21,896 bases of DNA from Thermovirgaceae bacterium. Its GTDB lineage: Bacteria; Synergistota; Synergistia; Synergistales; Thermovirgaceae. Made by a program: the position numbers and the translations under genes. The stretch spans positions 1 to 21,896 of the forward strand of contig JBKHBH010000028.1 of the NCBI GenBank assembly GCA_046542505.1. The letters are read 5' to 3'. The notes below the pieces were generated by a model, which saw nothing but the letters and a program-made list of their open reading frames with translations, had not been told where the DNA came from and did no database searches. The number at the start of each line of letters is the position of its first letter. Position 1 is the first letter of the stretch. Positions 14,596 through 21,896 of this stretch are shown in pieces.

Positions 14596-17500
14596 TCACC
14601 CTTTCACCCGCCTCACCAGGTCATCGAGAGTGACATAAACCACCGGGACGAAGACCATGGTGAGCACCGTCCCGAAAATGAGTCCCGTGGCGGCGACAAT
14701 ACCCAGGGGACTCATGCGCTCCAGACCCACGGCCCACTCCATTACAAGCGGCGTGAGTCCAACGATGGTGGACGTGGCCGTCATGAGGATCGGGCGGGTC
14801 CGGACCTTCACCGAACGCATCACGGCGAGCGCCCTGGAAGCTCCCCGTTTCCGGGACTCGATGATGAAATCCAGAAGAAGGATGCTGTTGTTGACGATGG
14901 TTCCCGAAAGCAGGATGAACCCCATGGCGGCGTTCATGGACATTGACTTGTCGAAAAGAAGCAGGCCCCAAAGACCGCCGGCCACAGCCGGAGGCACGAT
15001 GGACAGGATGGTCAGAGGTATGGAGAATGAATGGAAAAGCGACACCAGCAAAAAATACAAAAGCACCACACCCAGAAGCAGGGCCTTGCCGAGCATCCCG
15101 ATGCTTTCGCCGAGGTCGGCCGCGCTTCCGGCAAGCCCTATTTCGTACCCGTCGGGAAGTTCCATGCCCTCGAGGCGGTTTCCGGCCTCCGACGTGACGT
15201 GACTGATCGTCCTCCCCCGGTTCACGCCGGTGACATCGATGGTGTTTTTGAGATTCTCCCTGGTAATCATGGGCGCCTCGGGTGCGGAAGAAACCTTTGC
15301 CAGAGCCGAAAGCGGGACCGGCCCCTGATTCGTGGCTACCAGGATTCGCTGCACATCCCTTTCTGTTTCGAGAAAAGATTTCCCGTAAAAGACCCTGACA
15401 GGAATGTCGGAAAAATCCGGAAGCCTCATGAAAGTGGCCGTCCGGCCGTCGATGGCCGAGGAAACCTCCCCCGCCACCTTCACCGGGGATGTGCCGTATC
15501 CGGCGGCAAGGAGGGGGTCCACGGTGATGTGGCGCATTTCCTTTTCGACGTGCCAGGTCCGCTGGACATCCGTCAGCCCTGCCGTACCCTCAAGAGCCGA
15601 CATGACTTTTTCCGCGAGGCTGTCGAGAACCATGGTATCGGGCCCGCTGATGATGATATCCAGCGGAGCCTTCGTAGTGGCCTTGGGGGTCGCGCCGTAT
15701 TCCGTGAGACGTGACCAGCGAAGCCCCTCGATGTCTTCAAAGTCCTCCCTCCACCGTCCGAGGATCTCCCAGATGGTTTCATCCCTTTTGGTGCGGTCAA
15801 CCATCTTGACCTTGATCCGTCCCGACTGGGGCGTCGAGCCGCCGCCGAAACTCACCGCCTGTGGCTCGGATCCAACCTCGGATGAGACGGCCAGAACGGT
15901 TTCGTCGGCAAGGATGCGTCGCTCCATGGCTGAAAGGGTTTTCTCCACGGCCTGCGGAGACCTCCCAGCCGGCGTCTCGAACTGAATGAAGGCGACCCCC
16001 GTATCCATGGACGGCATCATTTCGCCCCCCAGAAGGGGCATCACCAGTTTGAAGGTGAGCACCACGAAGAGGCCGAAGGCCGCCAGGGTGACGAGGCTGT
16101 GCCGCAGGGCGAGCTTGAGGAGATCCAGGTAGAACCTGACGAGCCTCTTCAGGATGGCGTCGAAGCGGGCGGCTGTCCTTTCGAGCACTCCTACTGCCTT
16201 TGGTCGTTCTTTCTTCAAGACGAAAGTTGCCAAAAGCGGGATGACCGTCAGTGCCGCCACGAGCGAGGCCGTCAGGGTGGCGAAGATCACCATGTTGAGG
16301 GGCCTCAGGACACGGCTGGTGTACCCCGAGGAACCCATGACGGGAAGCAGGACGATGACAGTGGTCATCATACCCGCCGTGATCGAGAGGGCCACTTCCT
16401 TCGCGCCCGTCACGGCTGAGGCCCTGATGTCTTTTTGACCGGTGGCGGCGTGCACCCTGTAGAGGTTTTCCAGCACCACCACCGAGGCGTCCACCACCAT
16501 GCCGACGGCCACGATCATGCCCGTCAGGGTCACCATGTCAATGTTGTAGGGGCTCGCCCAGAGCACGCCGAGGCTGAACAAAAAGGACAGGGCGATGCTC
16601 ACCGACGAGATCAGGGCGGCCCGGAGGTTCGCCAGGAAAAGGAAGATGACCACCACCATGAGGATGATGGCCTGTACCAGTGACTTGTACATCCCGGAGA
16701 TGTTGAGCTCGATCAGGGGTTTCTGGTTGTCGGTAACCTCGACGCCGATGTTCCGGTAGCGCGCTTCAATTTCGGGGATCTTCCCGAGCACCCTGTCGAC
16801 GGTGCGGATGGTGTCAGACCCTTCACTGCGAAGCACGTTCAGCGCTATGGCCGCCTTGCCGTTTCCATGATAGAGGCTCCTCCTCGGAATTTCCCCCAGG
16901 GAAATTTCCGCCACGTCTCCCAGAAGGATGGAACCTCCAGGCGCGGAACCCACAACAGTGTTTTCTATTTCCCCGGTATCGGAAAAAAGCGACGACATCG
17001 TGAAATGGATTTCCGAATCGTCCAGGGTCAATCGGCCCGACGGGATGGAGACATTCTGCGCGGCCAATGCTCCTGCAACGGATTCGAGTGACAGCCCCGT
17101 TGCGGCAAGGCGGTCACGGTCAAGGGCCACTTCCATCGACGGCTGGTGCCCTCCGAAGACCTCTACGTCGGCGACGCCCGCAGTGGACAGAAGCTCATCC
17201 CTTATGGGGTTTTCGGCAAGCAGCCGTATCTCCTGGAGTGTCGGTGCATTGTCACCCTCGGGGAAAAGGGCAATGGTCATGATGGGAGCCGTGCGGTTCG
17301 TCACGCTGTATACGAGGGGTTCCGCCGTTCCCGAGGGAAAGCGGGCCGTCACGGCGGCAAGGGCGTTTCGGACTTCGGTGACGGCCTCGGAGACGTCCTT
17401 TTCGTAGCGAAATTCCGCCCGGACCGAAGAGACCCCGTCAGCGGTGGTGCTGGTGATATTGACGAGGCCCTCCAGGCCGCTGAGCTCACGCTCAAGAGGC

Positions 17501-17694
17501 TCCGTCACCGTCTGCGTCATGTCAGGCGCCGATGCTCCCTGCCTCACTGTGACCACCAGGACCTGGGGTGGCGTGGTATCTGGAAAAAGGTCTCTTGGAG
17601 TGCTGAAAGCTCCGGCCAGACCCAGGACGGCCACAGCACAGGCAATGGCTGTAACAAGATACGGATGTTCCACGGACCACCTGGTGAGGTTCAT
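14596..17694 (-). CDS. RND efflux transporter permease subunit (AcrB/AcrD/AcrF-like)
   Basis: 1032 aa; DLFPD..PP, GMVVDASVVVLEN, GTIVNNSILLLDF, RTRPILMT. Confidence 0.96.
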   Translation of the reverse strand: MNLTRWSVEHPYLVTAIACAVAVLGLAGAFSTPRDLFPDTTPPQVLVVTVRQGASAPDMTQTVTEPLERELSGLEGLVNITSTTADGVSSVRAEFRYEKDVSEAVTEVRNALAAVTARFPSGTAEPLVYSVTNRTAPIMTIALFPEGDNAPTLQEIRLLAENPIRDELLSTAGVADVEVFGGHQPSMEVALDRDRLAATGLSLESVAGALAAQNVSIPSGRLTLDDSEIHFTMSSLFSDTGEIENTVVGSAPGGSILLGDVAEISLGEIPRRSLYHGNGKAAIALNVLRSEGSDTIRTVDRVLGKIPEIEARYRNIGVEVTDNQKPLIELNISGMYKSLVQAIILMVVVIFLFLANLRAALISSVSIALSFLFSLGVLWASPYNIDMVTLTGMIVAVGMVVDASVVVLENLYRVHAATGQKDIRASAVTGAKEVALSITAGMMTTVIVLLPVMGSSGYTSRVLRPLNMVIFATLTASLVAALTVIPLLATFVLKKERPKAVGVLERTAARFDAILKRLVRFYLDLLKLALRHSLVTLAAFGLFVVLTFKLVMPLLGGEMMPSMDTGVAFIQFETPAGRSPQAVEKTLSAMERRILADETVLAVSSEVGSEPQAVSFGGGSTPQSGRIKVKMVDRTKRDETIWEILGRWREDFEDIEGLRWSRLTEYGATPKATTKAPLDIIISGPDTMVLDSLAEKVMSALEGTAGLTDVQRTWHVEKEMRHITVDPLLAAGYGTSPVKVAGEVSSAIDGRTATFMRLPDFSDIPVRVFYGKSFLETERDVQRILVATNQGPVPLSALAKVSSAPEAPMITRENLKNTIDVTGVNRGRTISHVTSEAGNRLEGMELPDGYEIGLAGSAADLGESIGMLGKALLLGVVLLYFLLVSLFHSFSIPLTILSIVPPAVAGGLWGLLLFDKSMSMNAAMGFILLSGTIVNNSILLLDFIIESRKRGASRALAVMRSVKVRTRPILMTATSTIVGLTPLVMEWAVGLERMSPLGIVAATGLIFGTVLTMVFVPVVYVTLDDLVRRVKG

Positions 17695-18887
17695 TCAGCC
17701 GTCACCTCGCGTCCCTCGGAAAGTTCCGCCCACCCATAAGGACTGTGGACAACCACCACGTCGCCCTCGGCAAGTCCTTCCACGGCAGCGGTCTTCCCGC
17801 TTATTGCCAGCACCTGAACCCCCTGTCGTTTCAGGCTTCCGTCGGAAACAACGTAGACAAAGGGTTTTTCATGGCCGGGAATGACAGCTTCCTTGGGGAC
17901 GAGAAGGACATTTTCATACCTTCCTGTCGCAACGTTGACCGTCATGGAGACACCGCGGCCAAGAGCGACTTCGGCACCTCCTGTGACCTCAAGAACTTCC
18001 GCTTCCGCCCTTGCCATCCTGGATCCGTCCACCGAGGGGGAAACCCTGCGGACTTCGCCGGTCACCTTCCCCTCGCCAAGACGTCCCCAGACGGTCCGAC
18101 CCTTTTTGATGAGGGGCAAATCCTCCTGGGGAACCCTGAAAACCAGTTCCCAACCATCCCTGCTCTCAACGGAAAAAAGCGGTGCGCCGATTGTCGCAAG
18201 GTTCCCGGGTTCCGCCCCGCTTTTTGTGACAACGCCGTCAAAGGGGCTTCTGATGGTGTAATAGCCGACCCGCTCCTTCAGAACCTCTGCCTCCGCCTGG
18301 AGAGAGGCCCGTCTCGACGCCAGGGCCTTGATACGATTTTCAGCTTCGCCTAGGCCTGATTTCGCCTCGACTTGCCTTACCCTGGCCGCCTCTGCATCGG
18401 ACTTCGGAATGGCTCCCTCGGCAACGAGATATTCCGCGCGATCAGCTTCTTTTGCCCAGTATTGGGCGTTGGCCTGCAGCGAGAATTCGCGCGCCCTGAG
18501 TCCTTCAAGCTCCGATGCGGCCTCGGATATTCTCGCGTCCAATGCATCCAGCTGGTGGTGAATCTCGCTGCCGTCAAGAACAGCCAGGACGTCTCCCGTG
18601 GAAACCTCGTCACCGATATCGGCCTTGACCTCGAGAATCGTGGCCGTCACCTTCGGCGCGATTTCCGCCGACTTGGCCGGTTCGAGGAAGGCAAGATACT
18701 GATTGGTTACCTGCAGGTTTCCTCGCAACACCTTTTGCGTCAGGACCCTCAATGGCCTGGGGCGGTATTCCCCCGCTTCTTCGAGTTGTCCGGCACGGAG
18801 GCGGAGCAAGAGGAACGCGCCGACAAGCAGGAGAACCAATACAAACAGCCATCGTCCCAGGTGTTGTCTTTTCTTCGATTTACTCAT
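17691..18887 (-). CDS. RND periplasmic adaptor (membrane fusion protein)
   Basis: N-terminal TM, lipoyl half-motifs (VKADIGDEVSTGDVLA; IRSPFDGVV), long helical hairpin, LLVPKEAV. ATG 18887 overlaps the TolC 3' end. Confidence 0.94.
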   Translation of the reverse strand: MSKSKKRQHLGRWLFVLVLLLVGAFLLLRLRAGQLEEAGEYRPRPLRVLTQKVLRGNLQVTNQYLAFLEPAKSAEIAPKVTATILEVKADIGDEVSTGDVLAVLDGSEIHHQLDALDARISEAASELEGLRAREFSLQANAQYWAKEADRAEYLVAEGAIPKSDAEAARVRQVEAKSGLGEAENRIKALASRRASLQAEAEVLKERVGYYTIRSPFDGVVTKSGAEPGNLATIGAPLFSVESRDGWELVFRVPQEDLPLIKKGRTVWGRLGEGKVTGEVRRVSPSVDGSRMARAEAEVLEVTGGAEVALGRGVSMTVNVATGRYENVLLVPKEAVIPGHEKPFVYVVSDGSLKRQGVQVLAISGKTAAVEGLAEGDVVVVHSPYGWAELSEGREVTAE

Positions 18888-20208
18888 TGCCCCGACCCCC
18901 TGTGACAAAAGCTATCCGTGCATCGGCAAGAGCCGTTTCCGCCCTGGCCGCTGAAAGATTCGCCATGGCCGAAAGCCAGGCCGCATGGGCCGAGAGCACG
19001 TCGGTGGTGGTCCCCTTCCCCGCACGGAACTTGAGCTTTTCTATCCGGAGCCCTTCCTCGGCCGATTCGAGAGCGGTCCGGGTGACGGCTGTCTTTCGCT
19101 CAGCAACGTCGTAGGCCCTCAGGGCCTCCGAAATTTCATACTCTATCTGTGTCGCAAGTCCGCGTGCTTCTGCTTCGGCAGCCGCCTTTTCGGACTTCGC
19201 CTGGCGGGCCCTGGCGCTTGAAATACCTCCATCCCAAAGGGGAAATTCGACGTAAAGTTCCGCATCGGTTCTGGACTCGTTGCTCCCGCCGCCGGTGCTC
19301 CTGTAGGCATGAACACCCCTGAGGGAAATTTCCGGATTTGTGGCGGCTTTCGCCGCACGCAGGCCGTACTCCCTGGCATCTATGGTGCGAAGGGCCGAGA
19401 TGTAATCGCTTCTGGACCGGAGGGCCTTTTCAGTGAGGTCCTGTTCATCCGGAACAGTCCCGACTTCGGGAAACTTCCCGGAAAGATCGTAGTTTTCGGC
19501 CTTTTCCCTTTCCCCCATGACAAGCAGGAGGTCTTCCTTCAGGCTTTCCAGCTCGTGGCGCCGGGTCAAAAGCTGTTCCTCCGCCGAAGCTGCTTCGGCT
19601 GCGACGCGGAGTGCATCGACCCGGGCGGCCTTGCCCGCCTCAAGCATGGCCAGTACGTCCTTTTCGTGAAGCCTGAGCGACTCCAGAGCCGTCTCGAGAG
19701 CCGAGACGGCCTCTTTCTGGGCAAGGATCAGGTAAAAAAGCCTCGTCACGTCATAGCGGAGACGTTCTTCAAGACGCTCAAGGGACGCCTCGGCGGCTTC
19801 CTGCAGTTTCCTTTCCGACTTCGTCATGTTCCTGGTTTTACCGCCGTCAGAGAGGGGTATCTCAAGAATGGCTGTCCCCTCGGCGAATTCATCGTCATAA
19901 ATACCCCGTTCTCCGTCATACCTGGCCGGCCAGAGCCGCTGCTCTTCCCCGGCCCAGAGGTACTTCCCCGCCAGCGAAACCTTGGGCTTCAACCCCGCCG
20001 CAGCTTCATCAACCCGGGCAGAAGCCGCTTCAACCCGATTCCGCAGGGCTTCGAGCTCGTGATTGCCCTCCAGGGTCCTTTCGAGGCACTCCTCGAGGGT
20101 CAGCGTCTCCTGAGCCATGACCCTGCCGGACATCACCACGAAAAGAAAGACCAGGATCATCAATATATTTGGAATGTTTCTGTTCTTTTTGTGGATCACC
20201 CGTTCCAT
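18880..20208 (-). CDS. TolC family outer membrane efflux protein
   Basis: Signal peptide then LTLEECLERTLEGN, PLSDGG / PLWDGG, KFRAGKGTTTDVLSA. Start chosen at ATG 20208 after GGGGG; exact start uncertain. Confidence 0.92.
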   Translation of the reverse strand: MERVIHKKNRNIPNILMILVFLFVVMSGRVMAQETLTLEECLERTLEGNHELEALRNRVEAASARVDEAAAGLKPKVSLAGKYLWAGEEQRLWPARYDGERGIYDDEFAEGTAILEIPLSDGGKTRNMTKSERKLQEAAEASLERLEERLRYDVTRLFYLILAQKEAVSALETALESLRLHEKDVLAMLEAGKAARVDALRVAAEAASAEEQLLTRRHELESLKEDLLLVMGEREKAENYDLSGKFPEVGTVPDEQDLTEKALRSRSDYISALRTIDAREYGLRAAKAATNPEISLRGVHAYRSTGGGSNESRTDAELYVEFPLWDGGISSARARQAKSEKAAAEAEARGLATQIEYEISEALRAYDVAERKTAVTRTALESAEEGLRIEKLKFRAGKGTTTDVLSAHAAWLSAMANLSAARAETALADARIAFVTGGRGNE

Positions 20209-20233
20209 ATCCCCCACGCTCCCGCAACACTTT

Positions 20234-20250
20234 TGTGATTTACAATTCAC
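20234..20250. promoter_or_regulatory. Putative TetR operator, copy 2 (between tetR and tolC)
   Basis: TGTGATTTACAATTCAC, 14/17 identical to 20874-20890. Confidence 0.55.
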
Positions 20251-20265
20251 CAGGGTGAAAAATTT

Positions 20266-20859
20266 TTATGCCCCGACACCATCGATAAATTCTTCCCAGG
20301 CTCTTTTGGCCGTTTGCCCCATGTCGACCCCTCCCCCGCTTATGGCAAGGAGCAGGGCCGTGTGCTGGATAAGGCTGACGTAAACCATGGCCGCCGCTTC
20401 GGAGTTTGTTTTTCCGCAAAGCTGGCCTCCCGCCTTTGCTTCTTCTATAAGCCCGGCGACGGCCTCCCTGAGAAACCTGTGGATATCCAGTATGAGGCGG
20501 CGCATTTTCGCGTCGCCGAAGGCGGCGTCCTCTGAAAGAACGATAAGGGGCATCACCGGCGACTCTCTCATGATGTCCAGATGCCTTTCCATGATGGTCC
20601 TGAGCCTCTGGAGGGGATCGGCCGCCTCTTTTTTTGAAACCGCCAGATGATTTTCCAGGGTCGCTCGAATGCGTCCCACCAGGGCCAGGACAAGCTCCTG
20701 CTTGCCCGAAAAATGTCTGTAAAAGGCCGACGGTACCAGCCCGACCTTGCTCGCCACGTCGGGGATGCGCAGGTTTCTGAGTCCTTTTTTCCTGACGATG
20801 TCCATCGCCGCCTGGAGGATCTGTTCCCGCCTGACTTCCGTATCAAGCCGCTCCGCCAT
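20266..20859 (-). CDS. TetR/AcrR family transcriptional regulator
   Basis: RREQILQAAMDIV...VASKVGLVPSAFYRHFSGKQEL. AGGAGTG RBS before ATG 20859. Confidence 0.95.
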   Translation of the reverse strand: MAERLDTEVRREQILQAAMDIVRKKGLRNLRIPDVASKVGLVPSAFYRHFSGKQELVLALVGRIRATLENHLAVSKKEAADPLQRLRTIMERHLDIMRESPVMPLIVLSEDAAFGDAKMRRLILDIHRFLREAVAGLIEEAKAGGQLCGKTNSEAAAMVYVSLIQHTALLLAISGGGVDMGQTAKRAWEEFIDGVGA

Positions 20860-20872
20860 ATTTTTCACTCCT

Positions 20873-20920
20873 ATGTGAGTTATTATTCACATCATAGCAA
20901 AGAGTCTTCGTTTTCGCGAA
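20873..20920 (-). promoter_or_regulatory. tetR promoter with overlapping palindromic operator
   Basis: Palindrome ATGTGAGT-tatt-ATTCACAT (20873-20892) abuts a minus-strand extended -10 TGcTATGAT (20891-20899). The -35 (TTCGCG) is weak. Confidence 0.7.
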
Positions 20921-20932
20921 CACCCAGAGATC

Positions 20933-21039
20933 GGGGTCACCTGTACATTTGACAAAATCAATGTGAGAGAAGAACACCCAAAGGAGGAACTTACTGATTT
21001 CCGGAGCCCGGGAATCTGCAAAAGTCCAGGTCTGGCACC
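20933..21039. repeat. Short segment bounded by inverted GGGGTCA-type motifs
   Basis: GGGGTCACCTGTACATTTGACA (+, 20933-20954) faces GGTGCCAGACCTGGACTTTTGC (-, 21018-21039). The same motif occurs at 4693-4714 and 5682-5703. Confidence 0.5.
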
Positions 21040-21201
21040 GTAAATTTGGGACTCTGTGAGTTTGGGTACTGAAAGTGCACCGATCTTTTTTCCTCGAACT
21101 GACGTGTTCTCGTTAGAATACAGAAGAAAGGCTCTGTCTGTAGTGATAACGTTTGCTTTCGGCAGCCCGGATTGTAATTTTAAAAAAGGAGCGCGAAGCT
21201 C

Positions 21202-21747
21202 ATGGACAATATCGCAGATCTTGAGATCCGAATGCCGGTAACAGAAGAAGAAATTGATGCATGCTCACTGCTGATGAGCCGGACCGACCCCTGGCTGACC
21301 CTGGGACGGACATATGACGAGTCCCGCAAACTGTTCACCGATCCACAAAAGGAGGTTTTCATCGCTGTTGAAAGCAATCGGCTGGCCGGTTTTCTCGTTC
21401 TCGATCTCAACGGGCCGTTCAAAGGCTATATCCAGTCCCTTTGCATTGTTCCCTCCAGACGGAGTGCAGGATTGGGCAGCAAGATGATCAAATTTGCAGA
21501 GAACCTGATTTTTGAGATCTCCCCTAACGCCTTTATTTGCGTGTCCGATTTCAATCCACGGGCAAAAGCCCTTTACCAGCGGCTTGGATACAAGGCAGTC
21601 GGGGAACTGCCTGATTTCTTCGTATCGGGAAAAACAGAGATTCTCATGAGAAAGACTACAGGCCCGATACAGTCCTTCCGTCCAAGGAGCAAGAGAGCGG
21701 GGTTCAAAGGTCCAGGAAACACGAGAGGAATGCACATGGAATGTTAA
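21202..21747 (+). CDS. GNAT family N-acetyltransferase
   Basis: Motif A LCIVPSRRSAGLGSKMI and motif B VSDFNPRAKALYQRLGY. AAGGAG RBS. Confidence 0.92.
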   Translation: MDNIADLEIRMPVTEEEIDACSLLMSRTDPWLTLGRTYDESRKLFTDPQKEVFIAVESNRLAGFLVLDLNGPFKGYIQSLCIVPSRRSAGLGSKMIKFAENLIFEISPNAFICVSDFNPRAKALYQRLGYKAVGELPDFFVSGKTEILMRKTTGPIQSFRPRSKRAGFKGPGNTRGMHMEC

Positions 21748-21851
21748 ATGTTCAGACTTACTGTTTTTGGAAATAGAGTCATTGCGACATCCCTCGATCA
21801 TTTGAAAGAACATCGGGGTCAGACACTCTTTCAAAAATTCAGGCCTGAACA
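21742..21851. repeat. Cluster of degenerate GGGGTCA-type motifs downstream of the GNAT gene
   Basis: AGTAAGTCTGAACATTTAACA (-, 21742-21762), GGGGTCAGACACTCTTTCAAA (+, 21815-21835), TGTTCAGGCCTGAATTTTT (-, 21833-21851). ATCGGGGTCA occurs at both 20930 and 21812. Confidence 0.4.
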
Positions 21852-21896
21852 TTCCACTTATATTTTCAAGAGGTTACGACAGATTCTGGAGGATTC

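Noticed and set aside
16460..16520. RND TM4 'VDAS' instead of AcrB 'VDDA' as a defective proton relay
   Set aside because: Single-Asp variants are common in non-AcrB RND subfamilies, so this is not evidence of novelty.

Overview
Bacterial chromosomal window, probably from an anaerobic, amino-acid-using diderm such as Synergistota (inference from gene content only). Core-like genes: tandem USP + BCCT transporter, GntR regulator + NhaC-family transporter + saccharopine-dehydrogenase-like enzyme, lipoate-protein ligase, LysE exporter, and a TetR-TolC-MFP-RND efflux operon. Accessory DNA at ~886-5700 holds secreted Cys-rich hypothetical proteins (one split at a G6 run, with a C-terminal HExxH motif), a membrane-anchored 22-aa-repeat protein with a decayed second copy of its 3' end, and an MNT-HEPN toxin-antitoxin pair. 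An orphan HEPN toxin with a decapitated MNT sits at ~12.3-12.7 kb and a GNAT gene at 21.2-21.7 kb. The most notable signal is a pair of ~170-200 bp direct repeats bracketing the MNT-HEPN pair. They read as frameshifted 3' remnants of what resembles a Y1/RAYT-like transposase HTH tail and are bounded by a GGGGTCA..CTGYACWTTTGAC-like motif that recurs around the GNAT gene. This suggests a motif-delimited gene-cassette system, although no intact transposase is in the window. All family calls come from motif recognition and all alignments were done by hand; no searches were run.
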